From assembly GCA_048772705.1 (NCBI GenBank), contig JBLWGC010000217.1, forward strand, positions 26,455 through 90,454: a stretch of 64,000 nucleotides of DNA, written 5' to 3'. Shown here one piece after another: positions 1-11,105 of this stretch; the stretch's first letter is position 1; every line of letters begins with the position of its first letter. The notes below the pieces were generated by a model. It was not told the DNA's origin. It did no database searches and worked only from the letters and a program-made list of their open reading frames with translations. The translations under genes were made by a program, and so were the position numbers. The stretch is from Leidyana gryllorum EB-2025a. Its lineage: Eukaryota > Protista > Apicomplexa.

Positions 1-196
1 AACTGTGCTCCGAGACCGGAAATCGATCTTGGTTTTCCGCGTGATAGGCGGAATACTAACCGCTATACTATCTCGGACGCTCTGGATACGCTAGCCCCCA
101 ACCCCAGAAGTTCTTCCATTTTGAGATTCCACGGATAGAAAACGCGTGGAGCGGCGAGCCAACAACATTTGTGGAGCGGCGAGCCAACAACATTTC

Positions 197-276
197 GGCA
201 AGATGGCCGAGTGGTCCAAGGCGCTGTGTTCAGGCCGCAGTCCGAAAGGGCGTGGGTTCGAATCCCACTTTTGTCA
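197..276 (+). tRNA. trnL: tRNA-Leu(CAG)
   Basis: GGCAAGA..TTTTGTC-A acceptor, CTGTG-TT CAG GC-CGCAG, long V arm. Confidence 0.85.
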
Positions 277-312
277 GGTTGCGCCCCAAACGGGAAAAAC
301 ATAGAGTCCGGT

Positions 313-384
313 TGAGCCCAGAGTGATTCGAACACCCAACCTTCTGATCTGGAGTCAGACGCCCTACCGTTGCGCCATAGGCCC
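313..384 (-). tRNA. trnW: tRNA-Trp(CCA)
   Basis: TCTGA-CT CCA GA-TCAGA; one D-stem substitution. Confidence 0.8.
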
Positions 385-1186
385 AAAACCATCCCCCGTT
401 CCAGACTCATTTACCGGCAATCGGGCCCGCTTCTTAGGCGTAACATGCGAAAATAGTAACCACTATGCTATGTTCCATTCGTTCAGAAAACGGCAGTTAC
501 CGTGTACGAGGTCCAACAACAAGGTGTCACGTATCTGTGGTCTAGTGGTAGAATGTCTCGTTGCCATCGAGACGACCCGGGTTCGATTCCCGGCAGATGC
601 AGAGGACACATGTTGTTTTCCACCATTCAGAAATTCATGCATAAGTTGGTGTCTGACCCCTCCAATCACATCGCACAACAACTGCTGGATCTGCACCAGC
701 GCGGCCCAGGCCCAGTAGATTTCTAGTCTACCCCTTAACCACTCGGGCAAGTTGCCACCTGTCGGACTTGTCATCTTGCGCCCTGTGGCTTCACATACGA
801 TGTAGCAAGCTTGAGTCGGACTGCTCGCGCTGCCCGAAGCCGCGGTCTCCCCATTGAAAGTCTAGGGGTCTACCGACGGAGCTGGCGCGGCAAGGAAGCT
901 CGGACTCAGTAACTAGTTTCTCCCGTATTGGTCGCAGAATGTTGGGGCTTCCTCGGGTCCAGGGCAACTCTTTATCAAAGATCCACTCACTTGGTCACGC
1001 CCGGGCTCAAACCGGGGACCTTGAGCTTATTAGGCTCACGCTCTAACCGACTGAGCCACGCGACCACTTCTGCGACGACAGATGGCACCTATTCACTTAC
1101 TTGATGCCTCTGCGTCGCCACTGCAATCTCTAGCATGCACTGCTGGTGTTTTGAGCCCAGCCGCCTACTCCGATGATCGCAGCACA

Positions 1187-1268
1187 CGACAACTGCTGGA
1201 TTTGAACCAGCGCGGGCCAGGCCCAGTAGATTTCTAGTCTACCCCCTTAACCACTCGGGCAAGTTGCC
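1187..1268 (-). tRNA. trnS: tRNA-Ser(AGA)
   Basis: GTAGA-CT AGA AA-TCTAC, long V arm, G73. Confidence 0.9.
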
Positions 1269-1479
1269 GCTGTCGAACTTGGCATTTTGCGGCCAGTGGC
1301 TTCACATACGGTTCAGCAAGCTTGACTAGGACTCTCCACCATTTAAAGTCTTGCGCTCTACCGACGGAGCTGGCGCGGCAGGGAAGCTCGGACTTGGTAA
1401 CAAGTTCCTTTCGTATTAGTCGAAGAATGCTGTGGCTTCCTCGCGTCCGGGGCGACTCTTTAGCAGAGATCCCCTCACT

Positions 1480-1553
1480 TGGTCACGCCCGGGCTCGAAC
1501 CGGGGACCTTGAGCTTATTAGGCTCACGCTCTAACCGACTGAGCTACGCGACC
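1480..1553 (-). tRNA. trnI: tRNA-Ile(AAT)
   Basis: TGAGC-CT AAT AA-GCTCA, intact cloverleaf. Confidence 0.9.
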
Positions 1554-1762
1554 ACTTCTGCAACGACAGATGGCACCGACCCGGATGCTGGATCCCCCAG
1601 AGCTGGAATCAAACATCAGAGCCATTTAGACACTGGCGGACAGCACCCAATTTTCTAAGCAGGAGTCAGAAGCGCTACGTTCCGCCATAGGCCCAAAATC
1701 ATCCCCCGCTCCAGACTCATTGCCTTGTGGTCCAACATCTCCGATCGTTCCAAACCATCTTC

Positions 1763-1834
1763 AGGGCACGCGCGGAGTTGAACCACGGACTTGCTGATCT
1801 GCAGTCAGCTGCTCTACCACTGAGCTACGTACCC
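1763..1834 (-). tRNA. trnC: tRNA-Cys(GCA)
   Basis: GCTGA-CT GCA GA-TCAGC, U73. Confidence 0.88.
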
Positions 1835-2294
1835 ACAAACTACCCGTCATACTCGCTCAACTCGATTCTGTCTTCTCTTCTGAAGCAAAACGGCCGGTAT
1901 TGTGCACGAGCTTAAACAACAACGAGTTGTGCATCTGTGGTCTTGTGGTAGAATGTCTCGTTGCCATCGAGACGACCCGGGTTCGATTCCCGGCAGATGC
2001 AGAACCCAGGACTTCTTCCACCCGAAGGAAGAATCGTACCACTAGACCAAACAGCCGCCTAGCCGGTGGTTCAACCCGCTGGGTACAGTCGAGAGACTCG
2101 TCTCACTATGTGAAGTATTACTCAATCCCATGAGGTGGGCACAGAGGGAGGCTAGCCCAGATGATGAAACGGTGGCTTAGTATAAGAAAGTTTTTGGGAT
2201 CGATTCCCAGCCCATCCAAGCTACATAGATGGAACCCTCACCGGAGTAGTCTAGTTGGCCTATCAACGCTGTCTGTTGAAACCACATCGCTACT

Positions 2295-2374
2295 TCCGGT
2301 GGGACGGAATCGAACCGCCGACTATCTGATGCCAGCACTACAGTCAGATGCTCTACCAACTGAGCTACCCCCGG
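2295..2374 (-). tRNA. trnY: tRNA-Tyr(GTA) with 7-nt intron
   Basis: C1:G72, TCTGA-CT GTA G[TGCTGGC]A-TCAGA; 80 nt = 73+7. Confidence 0.85.
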
Positions 2375-3095
2375 CCGTCCAACTGCTCCGGGGTTCGAAA
2401 GGCTCAACCCCAGATCCTCGCCCTGTCGCACTGCGGTCTGAGCACAGCGTCTTAGACCACTCGGCCATCTTGCGGTGTTGTTGGCTCGCCGCTCCACGCG
2501 TTTTCTGTGCTTGGAATCTCATAATGGAAGAACTTTTGGGGTTGGAGGCCGGCGTGTTCAGAGCATTTGAGATAGTATAGTGGTTAGTATTTCCGCCTGT
2601 CACTCGGAAGACCCGGGTTCGATTCCCGGTCTCAGAGCAGTTCCAGCCCTCACAACTGGTGCAACTCAGATTTTGTCTCAGCTGGTCTGGACTTCATTCG
2701 GGATTGTACAAGTGGGAGCCGCGTATAGTTGCCGACCTTGGAGAGACGTGGCATTGAGTCAACAACTATCACACGGGCTGTTCTGGGAACCGAACCCAGG
2801 ACTTCTTCCACCCGAAGGAAGAATCATACCACTAGACCAAACAGCCGCCTGTCGGTCGTGCAAACCGCTGAGGACACTTGAGATAGTGGTCATACTATGT
2901 TCAGAACCAACAAATGCGGTGGGTGTGCACAAGTGGCGACGAGCTCAAATGGTAGAGCGCTCGCTTTGCATGCGAGAGGTACTGGGATTGATACCCAGGT
3001 CGTCCAAACTACATGCAACCTTGGGTGCAGAGAAACGCCTGGGGAGTGGTTCAAAACTGTGAGTGTTCTTCTTTCGATCCAATCGAGAAGCTCTT

Positions 3096-3168
3096 GCCTA
3101 CGTGGCGCGATGGAAAGCGCGTTGGACTTCAAATCCAAAGGTTGCGAGTTCGCGTCTCGCCGTAGGTA
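3096..3168 (+). pseudogene. Arg(TCT)-body tRNA with TCA (opal) anticodon, damaged A/B boxes
   Basis: TTGGA-CT TCA AA-TCCAA (anticodon 3129-3131); body matches Arg-TCT at 59287-59359; A14G and A58C. Confidence 0.8.
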
Positions 3169-3381
3169 GACAAATGATCAGCACTTTACTTCGATTATCT
3201 GGCTGACTCTAGCTGCCTTCGCTGTGGAATGTTGTCCACTGTAGTCTAAGTGGCTAGGATATGCGGCTTTCACCCGCACGATCCGGGTTCAAGTGCCGGG
3301 AGTGGAAGTTATTGGACTACTCGAGCAAAGTGCCACTAATCTCCGTCAATAGCGATTTCTTCGTTATCTCCGGCTCACATT

Positions 3382-3453
3382 GCCTTCGTAGCTTAGGGGC
3401 AAAGCATTCGCTTCGTAAGCGAGAAGTCGCCGGTTCGATTCCGGCAGAAGGCT
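3382..3453 (+). tRNA. trnT: tRNA-Thr(CGT)
   Basis: TTCGC-TT CGT AA-GCGAG; 7:66 mismatch. Confidence 0.75.
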
Positions 3454-3635
3454 TTGATGCATCGATGGGCTTATAAGGAATGGCTGTCATCACGTACAAG
3501 ATTGAACAGGATGGTGTTCTGCATCTGTGGTCTAGTGGAAAACTCACTCGCTGGCATCGAGATAACCCGTTTGCGATTCTCGACAGATGCAAGATGATAG
3601 CATGATGAGTTTGTCGGCGGTTCCGATTCCGACCC

Positions 3636-3708
3636 TGGGAGTGGAGAGGATCAAACTCTCGACTTCAGGATTATGAGACCTACGCGCTACCGACTGCGCT
3701 ACACTCCC
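3636..3708 (-). tRNA. trnM: elongator tRNA-Met(CAT), T-loop C56T (possibly pseudogene)
   Basis: GGGAGTG/CACTCCC acceptor, CT CAT AA loop, T loop TTTGATC. Confidence 0.75.
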
Positions 3709-3831
3709 TAGTGAAACTTCTCTCGATGCATCTCCTCCTGTCAAAAGGGTGCACAGGGATGCTGTATCAAAGGCCCAAAACCATCCCCCGCTCCAGACTC
3801 ATTACTTTGTGGTCAGGAATGGAGGTGTCAC

Positions 3832-3902
3832 GCATCTGTGGTCTAGTGGTAGAATGTCTCGTTGCCATCGAGACGACCCGGGTTCGATTCCCGGCAGATG
3901 CA
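3832..3902 (+). tRNA. trnG: tRNA-Gly(GCC)
   Basis: GCATCTG/CAGATGC-A, TCTCG-TT GCC AT-CGAGA. Confidence 0.92.
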
Positions 3903-4052
3903 GAGGACACATGGTTGTTTTTCCACCATTCCAGAAATTCCGTCCCGCCGGGAGTTGAGGAGTGCACTTCTTACAACGTAGTTCGTCTGACACTCCTGTT
4001 CCATTCCATCCTGATCGATGCTTCGCCACCTCTACAGCCTCGCTCAAAGATT

Positions 4053-4124
4053 GTCCGAGTCGTCTAGTGGTTAGGACAGCACGTTGTGGCCGTGCAAACC
4101 CAGGCTCGATTCCTGGCTCGGACA
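4053..4124 (+). tRNA. trnH: tRNA-His(GTG)
   Basis: GTCCGAG/CTCGGAC-A, GCACG-TT GTG GC-CGTGC; C at position 54. Confidence 0.85.
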
Positions 4125-4976
4125 AGCAGTCTGAAGTGCATTGCTCTTCGCCCCGGTTGAAAACATTGTTGCAGCCGTCAAGTCTGTACGATCGACTGCA
4201 CCTGGCGGGACTCGAACCCGGGCTGCGAGCATGGGAAGCTCGCATCCTACTGGACCACAAGTGCACTCGAGAAAGAGCTTCAGCACCCCGAGAGTCGGCC
4301 GCAGTCTGCGTTGAGCTAGTGGGTGCCTCAGGTACTGTCAGGTTCCAGTCTGTAAGAGACTTACCATCTGGTGGCTGAGCTACGAGGCTCAGCTAAGATG
4401 ATTGGAGCTTGAGAGACTTAAGCTTTGCAGGTGCCCAGTCGATGCAGTCAAGCCGTCTGCCGGAATCGAACCGGCGACCTTTCGCTTACTAAGCGAATGC
4501 TCTGCCCCTAAGCTAAGAAGGCAATATTAGCTGGAAATCACGCATCAGTCACTATTGACGGAGGTTACTGGAGCACTTTGCTCGAATGGTCCAATGACTT
4601 GCACTGCCGGGACTTGAACCCGGATCGTGCGGGTGAAAGCCGCATATCCTAGCCACTTAGACTACAGTGGACAACTCCCTCAGCTGCAGCTTTAGCCGAG
4701 AGCCGTACCCTCTTGACAAGACGTGGTTGCAGAATCCTGCGGTAGAAAAAGGAGGATCTCTATACTAACCTCTGAAGCATTGTAGCTGGGTCTTGTAGCT
4801 CAGTCGGCAGAGCGTGTGGCTGTTAACCACAAAGTCGCAGGTTCGAAACCTGCCAGGACTGGTTTCAGAGGCACACTAAACACTGAGTGCGCTGCTCTCC
4901 CAATGGCCCTTGTGGTCTGCGACTCTTCAAAGATGTAAGTTTGTTTGGATCCCGCCACGTGCAGCCGTACGTACTT

Positions 4977-5049
4977 TGGACGACCTGGGTATCGATCCCA
5001 GTACCTCTCGCATGCGAAGCGAGCGCTCTACCATCTGAGCTAGCCGCCC
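4977..5049 (-). tRNA. trnA: tRNA-Ala(CGC)
   Basis: G3:U70, CTCGC-TT CGC AT-GCGAG, T loop ATCGATA. Confidence 0.9.
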
Positions 5050-5756
5050 ATGCGCTCTACATGGAAGACCTATTGCGTCCAGTGGCTGACCGAGGGCCGA
5101 TAAAACGGCTGACAAGAGTGGGATTCGAACCCAAGCCCTTTCGGACTGCGGCCTTAACACAGCGCCTTGGACCACTCGGCCATCTTGCCGGAGTGTTCTT
5201 GGCTCGCCACTTTACACGTTTTCTGTTCGTGAAGTCTCGAGAAGGAAGGCTTTTCTCACGGCCCGGGGTGCTTAGATGGCAACCCATCTCATTGCAGTGG
5301 CATCAGCTATTCGACGGGTAAATGACGTAATTCGTCTGACGTTCCTGTTCCATTCCATCCGGATCGATGCTTCGCTACCTCTAAAGCCTCGCTCAAAGAT
5401 TGTCCAAGTCGTCTAGTGGTTAGGACAGCACGTTGTGGCCGTGCAATCCCAGGCTCGATTCCTGGCTCGGACATGCAGTCTAAAGTGCATTGCTCTTCGC
5501 CCCGAGATGTTGAAAATATCGTTGCAGCCATGGTCAAGTCTGTACGATCGGCTGCACCTACCGGGACTCGAACCCGGGCTGCGAGCATGGGAAGCTCGCA
5601 TCCTACCCTTGGACCACAAATGCACTTGAGAAAGAGCTTCAGCACCATGAGACTCGGCCGCAGTCTGCGTTGAGCTAGTGGGTGAGAATTCATGCGTAAG
5701 TTGGTGTCTGACCCCTCCAATCATATCGCACGACAACTCCGACACTTGCCTCCTTA

Positions 5757-5837
5757 TGCGAGAAGTGGGGTTCGAACCCACGCGGAATTAACCAGTGGAT
5801 CTTAAGGCCACCCCCTTAACCTCTCGGGCATTCTCGC
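5757..5837 (-). tRNA. trnL: tRNA-Leu(TAA)
   Basis: GCGAGAA/TTCTCGC-A, CT TAA GA loop, long V arm; 31:39 mismatch. Confidence 0.8.
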
Positions 5838-6287
5838 AATGCAGCATCGAAATAAGTAGTCTGGGGTTCCTGCGGGTAGCCAGTGCCGACCATGTGAGTG
5901 GGGTCTGAACACAGCGCCTTGCCCACTGGGGCATCTTGCCACATTCTGGTAGGCGCAAGTCTGCATGGGTGCGAATCCCATTCTGTGCAACGGTACTCAT
6001 TCCAGGGCGGAATTGGCCATTACATCGTGGATCCCCCTAACATTCGGCTGTTCGGTCTAGTGGTATGATCCTTCCTTAGGGGGTGGAAGGAGTCCTGGGT
6101 TCGATTCCTAAAACAGCCTTTTTGCTAGCCGCTGACGAGGGTCTGGGAGAGTTGATACACGCATCCCCTGTCTCAAATATGATAACGAGTCCGCCTACCA
6201 CGTCACTCGACAGCTGCTAGATTCGAACCAGTGGGGCCAGGCGATACTGACGACTCAGGTGTTTAAGACAGTGAGGCTGTGGGTTGT

Positions 6288-6360
6288 GCGGTGGTGGCGC
6301 AATGGATAGCGTGTTGCCCTCCGGAGGCAAAGGTTGTGGGTTCGAATCCCGCCCACCATT
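6288..6360 (+). tRNA. trnR: tRNA-Arg(CCG)
   Basis: TTGCC-CT CCG GA-GGCAA; one acceptor mismatch. Confidence 0.78.
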
Positions 6361-7057
6361 CTCGTAGTCCCGCTCAACCGTGGAATCGAGAAGAGTGGCT
6401 GCCATTCGGAGCCGTGCAGACTTGCGCCATCCAAACTCAAGTTTGGCACCGCAGGCCACCGCGATCTGTGCCGCAGTGTTGAGCTTGAGGGCTCGAAGTG
6501 CCACTGTTGAGGAACCGAGGCTGGAAAAGTTCACTTGGGTTTAGCGGATAGGCGGCTATCCCAAGTGCCAGAGAGGTGACTTTGCAGGCCAAATGTGCGG
6601 GGGTCGATACCAGGTCGGGGAGCTCTCGAAAAAAGACGCCTGTGAATCATTTCTATAAGTGTGTCCCCCTGCGGGCGCTCACCAGTGCGTCGTTTCGATC
6701 GACGGAACTTTGGGTCATGAGCCCAACACTCTCCTCGTGTCTCTCTGAGTGCTACAGCCTCTGTCGATCTTTCGACTGCACTTGTGGTCTGACGGCAAAA
6801 TGCGACCGTGCTGAAGGTCGTAACGCGGACTGAGTTCCCGCAGGTGCAGCCGTATGCAAGTCGGACGACCTGTCTATCGATCTCATCTGGCATGTCAATG
6901 AGCACTCTACTCTTTGAGCTAGCGGTCTCCAGCTTAGAAGAGCTATTGCATGCCCTGCTTGATGAGTGGACGATTGCCCGTTGAGAATCTGCGGAACGCT
7001 GCTGGCAAGCTCGGGTCGCACGGCTGTGAGGGATGACACCAAATGTCACAACCTCTC

Positions 7058-7130
7058 TGCCTCGGCCGTGGATCGAACACGGGACTTCCAGATCTTCAGT
7101 CTGGCGCTCTCCCAACTGAGCTACCGAGGC
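7058..7130 (-). tRNA. trnF: tRNA-Phe(GAA)
   Basis: GCCTCGG/CCGAGGC-A, CCAGA-CT GAA GA-TCTGG. Confidence 0.92.
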
Positions 7131-7893
7131 GGTAGGTAGTCACGGAAGGCGGTGAGGATGAGCACCTACCGCGGCCGTATGTGGGGCCACTGCCCGCTCA
7201 AAATGCGAGGACTTCTGGGGTTGGAGGCGGGCGTGTTTACTAGCGTCCGAGATAGTATAGTGGTCAGTATTCCGCCTGTCACGCGGAAGACCCGGGTTCG
7301 ATTCCCGGTCTCGAAACGCAGGTGGTTTCGCTTAAGATTCTCTGCTTCGGTTCTCGCTGAAAGTTGCGAGCTACAGCCACCGAGGATCGAATTCGGGACT
7401 TCTGCGTGCGAAGCAGACGTCGTAACCACTAGACCATTGCTGCACGGATGGTCCCCGCAGCCCAAGACATGGCGAAGTTTCAGGGAGTAGTGAGGACCAG
7501 TTTCAAGGTCGCGCCGCGAATCGAACCCAGGTCGGGAGATTCAGAGTCTCCAGTGCTAACCACTACACGACGCAACCGGCTCAGCCCTCCAGTGCTAAAC
7601 ACTACACCAAGTAACCGATCAGCCCATCCAAAAGAGTCGGTAGAATCATCCGGGCTAGCGTTCCCAACTGGACACATGCAACACGCGTCTCTCTACTGAC
7701 CTTTGAAATATTGTAACTGACTCTGGTATCTTCGTCGGCAGAGTGTGTGATTGTAAAATGCAAACTCGGAAATCCGGGCTCTGAGGCAACCTTCACACAT
7801 ACTGCGGTGCCCGAGTCTAGCCAAGGGGTAAAGGGCACACTTGAAAGCTTTCAACTCTGTAGTAAAAAAGCGGCACTTGCAGACTACGAAGTT

Positions 7894-7966
7894 TGGACGA
7901 CCTGGGCATCGATCCCAGTACCTCTCGCATGCTAAGCGAGCGCTCTACCATTTGAGCTAGTCGCCC
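7894..7966 (-). tRNA. trnA: tRNA-Ala(AGC)
   Basis: G3:U70, TT AGC AT loop. Confidence 0.9.
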
Positions 7967-8055
7967 TTTGTGCAGACCCCGTCGCATTTTGTTGATTCTC
8001 AACATCGTATGACCACTCTCGCGACTGTGCTCACCGCGTTGCACGACCGACAGGC

Positions 8056-8127
8056 GGCTGTTTGGTCTAGTGGTATGATTCTTCCTTCGGGTGGAAGAAG
8101 TCCTGGGTTCGATTCCCAGAACAGCCC
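8056..8127 (+). tRNA. trnP: tRNA-Pro(CGG)
   Basis: GGCTGTT/AACAGCC-C, CTTCC-TT CGG GT-GGAAG. Confidence 0.9.
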
Positions 8128-8207
8128 GTTGGTTGTCGGTTGACCCGACGCTCTATCTCAGATCAAGAGGGTACGGCTCTCGGCTAAAGCTGCAGCTGAG
8201 GAAGTTG

Positions 8208-8280
8208 TCCACTGTAGTCTAAGTGGCTAGGATATGCGGCTCTCACCCGCACGATCTGGGTTCAAGTCCCGGCAGTGGAA
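8208..8280 (+). tRNA. trnE: tRNA-Glu(CTC)
   Basis: TCCACTG/CAGTGGA-A, TGCGG-CT CTC AC-CCGCA. Confidence 0.88.
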
Positions 8281-8356
8281 GTCATTGGACCATTCGAGCA
8301 AAGTGCGTCAGAAATCCCCGTCAATAGTGACTGATTCGTGATCTTTGGCTTGCATT

Positions 8357-8428
8357 GCCTTCTTAGCTTAGGGGCAGAGCATTCGCTTAGTAAGCGAAAG
8401 GTCGCCGGTTCGATTCCGGCAGAAGGCT
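8357..8428 (+). tRNA. trnT: tRNA-Thr(AGT)
   Basis: GCCTTCT/AGAAGGC-T, TT AGT AA loop. Confidence 0.92.
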
Positions 8429-9339
8429 CGACTGCATCGAATGGGTACCTGCAAGCTTATCGCAACTCCAATCATCGTAGCTGAGCCTCGTAGCTCAGCC
8501 ATCAGAGTGTAAGTCTCTTAGCCACGAAGTCGCAGGTTTGGAACCTGCCAGTACCTGACGCACCCACAGCGCTCTGTTTGGTCCAGTTATATATTCTTCC
8601 TTTGGTGGAAGAAGTCCTGGGTTCGATTCCCAGAACAGCCCGTTTGATAGTTGTTGACTCAATGCCACGTCTCTCCAAGGTCGGCTTCTATATGCGGCTC
8701 CCACTCTTACAATGCCGGATGAAGTCCAGACCAGCTGAGACAAAATCTGAGTTGCACCAGTTGTGAGGGGCTGGAACTGCTCCGAGACCGGGAATCGAAC
8801 ACGGGTCTTCCGCGTGACAGGCGGAAATACTAATCACTATACTATCTCGGACGCTAGTAAACACGCCGGCCTCCAACCCCAGAACTCCTCGCATTTTGAA
8901 TTTCACGGACAGGAAACGGGTAACACTTCGGCAAGATGGCCGAGTGCTGTGTGCAAGCCGCCGTCCGAAAATGCGGGCGGATGATCGCAACCATGTTTAG
9001 GCTAATGACTGAAGCCTCCTGCCGGAATCGAACCAGCGACCTTTCGCTTACAAAGCGAATGCTCTGCCCCTAAGCTAAGGAGGCATTCCCTGTCTCGACC
9101 CATATGAGTTTTTGATGCTGGGAATTGCATCATGTCCACCACATCGCACGACAACTGCTGGATTTGAACCAGCGCGGGCCAGGCCCGGTAGATTTCGAGT
9201 CTACCCCCTTAACCACTCGGGCAAGTTGCCACCTGTCGAACTCGGCATTTTGCGGCCAGTGATGTCACATACGGTTCGGCAAGCTTGACTAGGACCCCAA
9301 ACCGTTGTGAAAAAGTGCCAGCGAGTAAGAGATGTCGTC

Positions 9340-9421
9340 GGCAAGGTGGCCGAGTGGTTAAGGCGGCGGCCTGCTAAGCCGTTGGGTTCCACCCGCGTGA
9401 GTTCGAATCTCACCCTTGTCG
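9340..9421 (+). tRNA. trnS: tRNA-Ser(GCT)
   Basis: GCGGC-CT GCT AA-GCCGT, long V arm, G73. Confidence 0.9.
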
Positions 9422-9836
9422 GTAGCATTCGGGGAGAGCGCAACTGGTTGAATGATTGAACTGAGGTTTTTGCCCGACTCGAATCCAACTCTTTACGCTG
9501 GGGTCTGTATACAAGACCCGTGTTGCATGTGTCCAGTTGAGGAAGCGCTAGTCCGACTCTTCTGGGATGGGCTGAACCGGTTGCGTCCTTGGTGGTTAGC
9601 ACTCGACACTTTGGATTTTCCGACCTGGGTTCGATCCCGGCGCGATGAACTGGTCCTCACTACTCCCTGAAGCTTCGCCACTTCTCTTGGGCTGCGGGGA
9701 CCATCCATGCAGTCATGGTCTAGTGGTTACGACGTGTGCTTAACACGCAGAAGGTCCCGAGTTCGATCCTCGGTGGCTGTAGCTTGCAACTTTCAGCGGG
9801 CACCAAAAAAGACAATCTTAAGCGAGATCAACTGTG

Positions 9837-9908
9837 CTCCGAGACCGGGAATCGAACCCGGGTCTTCCGCGTGACAGGCGGAAATACTAACCACTATACT
9901 ATCTCGGA
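9837..9908 (-). tRNA. trnD: tRNA-Asp(GTC)
   Basis: TCCGAGA/TCTCGGA-G, TCCGC-CT GTC AC-GCGGA. Confidence 0.92.
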
Positions 9909-10344
9909 CGCTCCGAACACACCGGCCTGAAACCCCAAAAGTCCTTCCATCTTGAGATCCAGGGATAGAAAACGCGTGGAGCGGCGAGCCAACAACATCC
10001 CGGCAAGATGACCGAGTGGTCTGAGGCGGTGTGCTCAGACCGGAGTCTGAAAGGTCGTGGGTTCGAATCCCACTTTTGTCAGGCTGCGCCCCAAACGGGA
10101 AAAACATAGAGTCCGGTTGAGCCCAGAGTGATTCGAACACCCAACCTTCTGATCTGGAGTCAGGCGCGCTACCGTTGCCCCATAGGCCCAAAACCATCCC
10201 CCGTTCCAGACTCATTTACCGGCAATCGGCCCGCTTCTTACGCGTGACATGCGAAAATAGTAACCACTATGAACAGGCCACGGACATTCCATTCGTTCAG
10301 AAAACGGCCGTTACCGTGTACGAGCTTCAACAACAAGGTGTCAC

Positions 10345-10415
10345 GCATCTGTGGTCTAGTGGTAGAATGTCTCGTTGCCATCGAGACGACCCGGGTTCGA
10401 TTCCCGGCAGATGCA
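10345..10415 (+). tRNA. trnG: tRNA-Gly(GCC)
   Basis: matches the 3832-3902 copy. Confidence 0.92.
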
Positions 10416-11033
10416 GATGACACATGGTTGCTTTTCCACCATTCAGAAATTCAAGCGTGAGTTGGTGTTTAACCCTCCAACCACATCGCACGACAACTGC
10501 TGGATTTGAACCAGCGCGGGCCCGGCCCAGTAGATTTCTAGTCTACCCCCTTAACCACTCGGGCAAGTTGCCCTTGTCCAACTTGGCATTTTGCGGCCAA
10601 TGGCTTCACATACGGTTCAGCAAGCTTTACTAGGACTGCTCGCGCCGCCCGAACCCGCGGTTCTCCCTTCAAAAGTCTTGCGCTCTACCGACGGAGTTGG
10701 GGCGGCAAGAAAGCTCGGACTTGGTAACAAATTCCAGTCGTATTGATGGTGGAATCTTTCCGAGACGGTTCGGCTCTCGGCCGTAGGATATGCGGCTTTC
10801 ACCCGCACGATCCGGGTTCAAGTCCCGGCAGTGGAAGTCATTGAAGTACTCGAGCAAAGTGCTCCACTAATCTCCGTCAGTAGCCATCGTTTCGTTATCT
10901 CCAACTTACATTGCCTTCTTAGCTTAGGGGCAGAGCATTCGCTTAGTAAGCGAAAGGTCGCCGATTTGATTCCGGCAGAAGGCTTTGCTCACGACCCAAT
11001 CAATTCTATAACTGTTTCCCTCCTGCGCACACT

Positions 11034-11105
11034 TAGCAGTGCGTCGTTTCGATCGACGAACCTTTGGGTTATGAGCCCAACACTCTTCCACTGAGCTACA
11101 CTGCT
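11034..11105 (-). tRNA. trnM: initiator tRNA-Met(CAT)
   Basis: A1:U72, GGG/CCC anticodon stem, T loop ATCGAAA (A54/A60). Confidence 0.88.

Larger units (their letters stand above)
8660..10505. repeat. About 1.85-kb inverted copy of about 14912-16779
   Basis: Same gene order reversed; mirror ORF coordinates sum to about 25435. Confidence 0.85.

Noticed and set aside
8-77. tRNA-Asp(ATC) as a new isoacceptor (also near 14575-14645 and 50369-50439)
   Set aside because: All ATC copies have further stem or B-box lesions, so they look like a decayed Asp lineage.
3096-3168. TCA-anticodon gene as tRNA-Sec
   Set aside because: 73 nt with no long variable arm or extended stems; the body is Arg(TCT).
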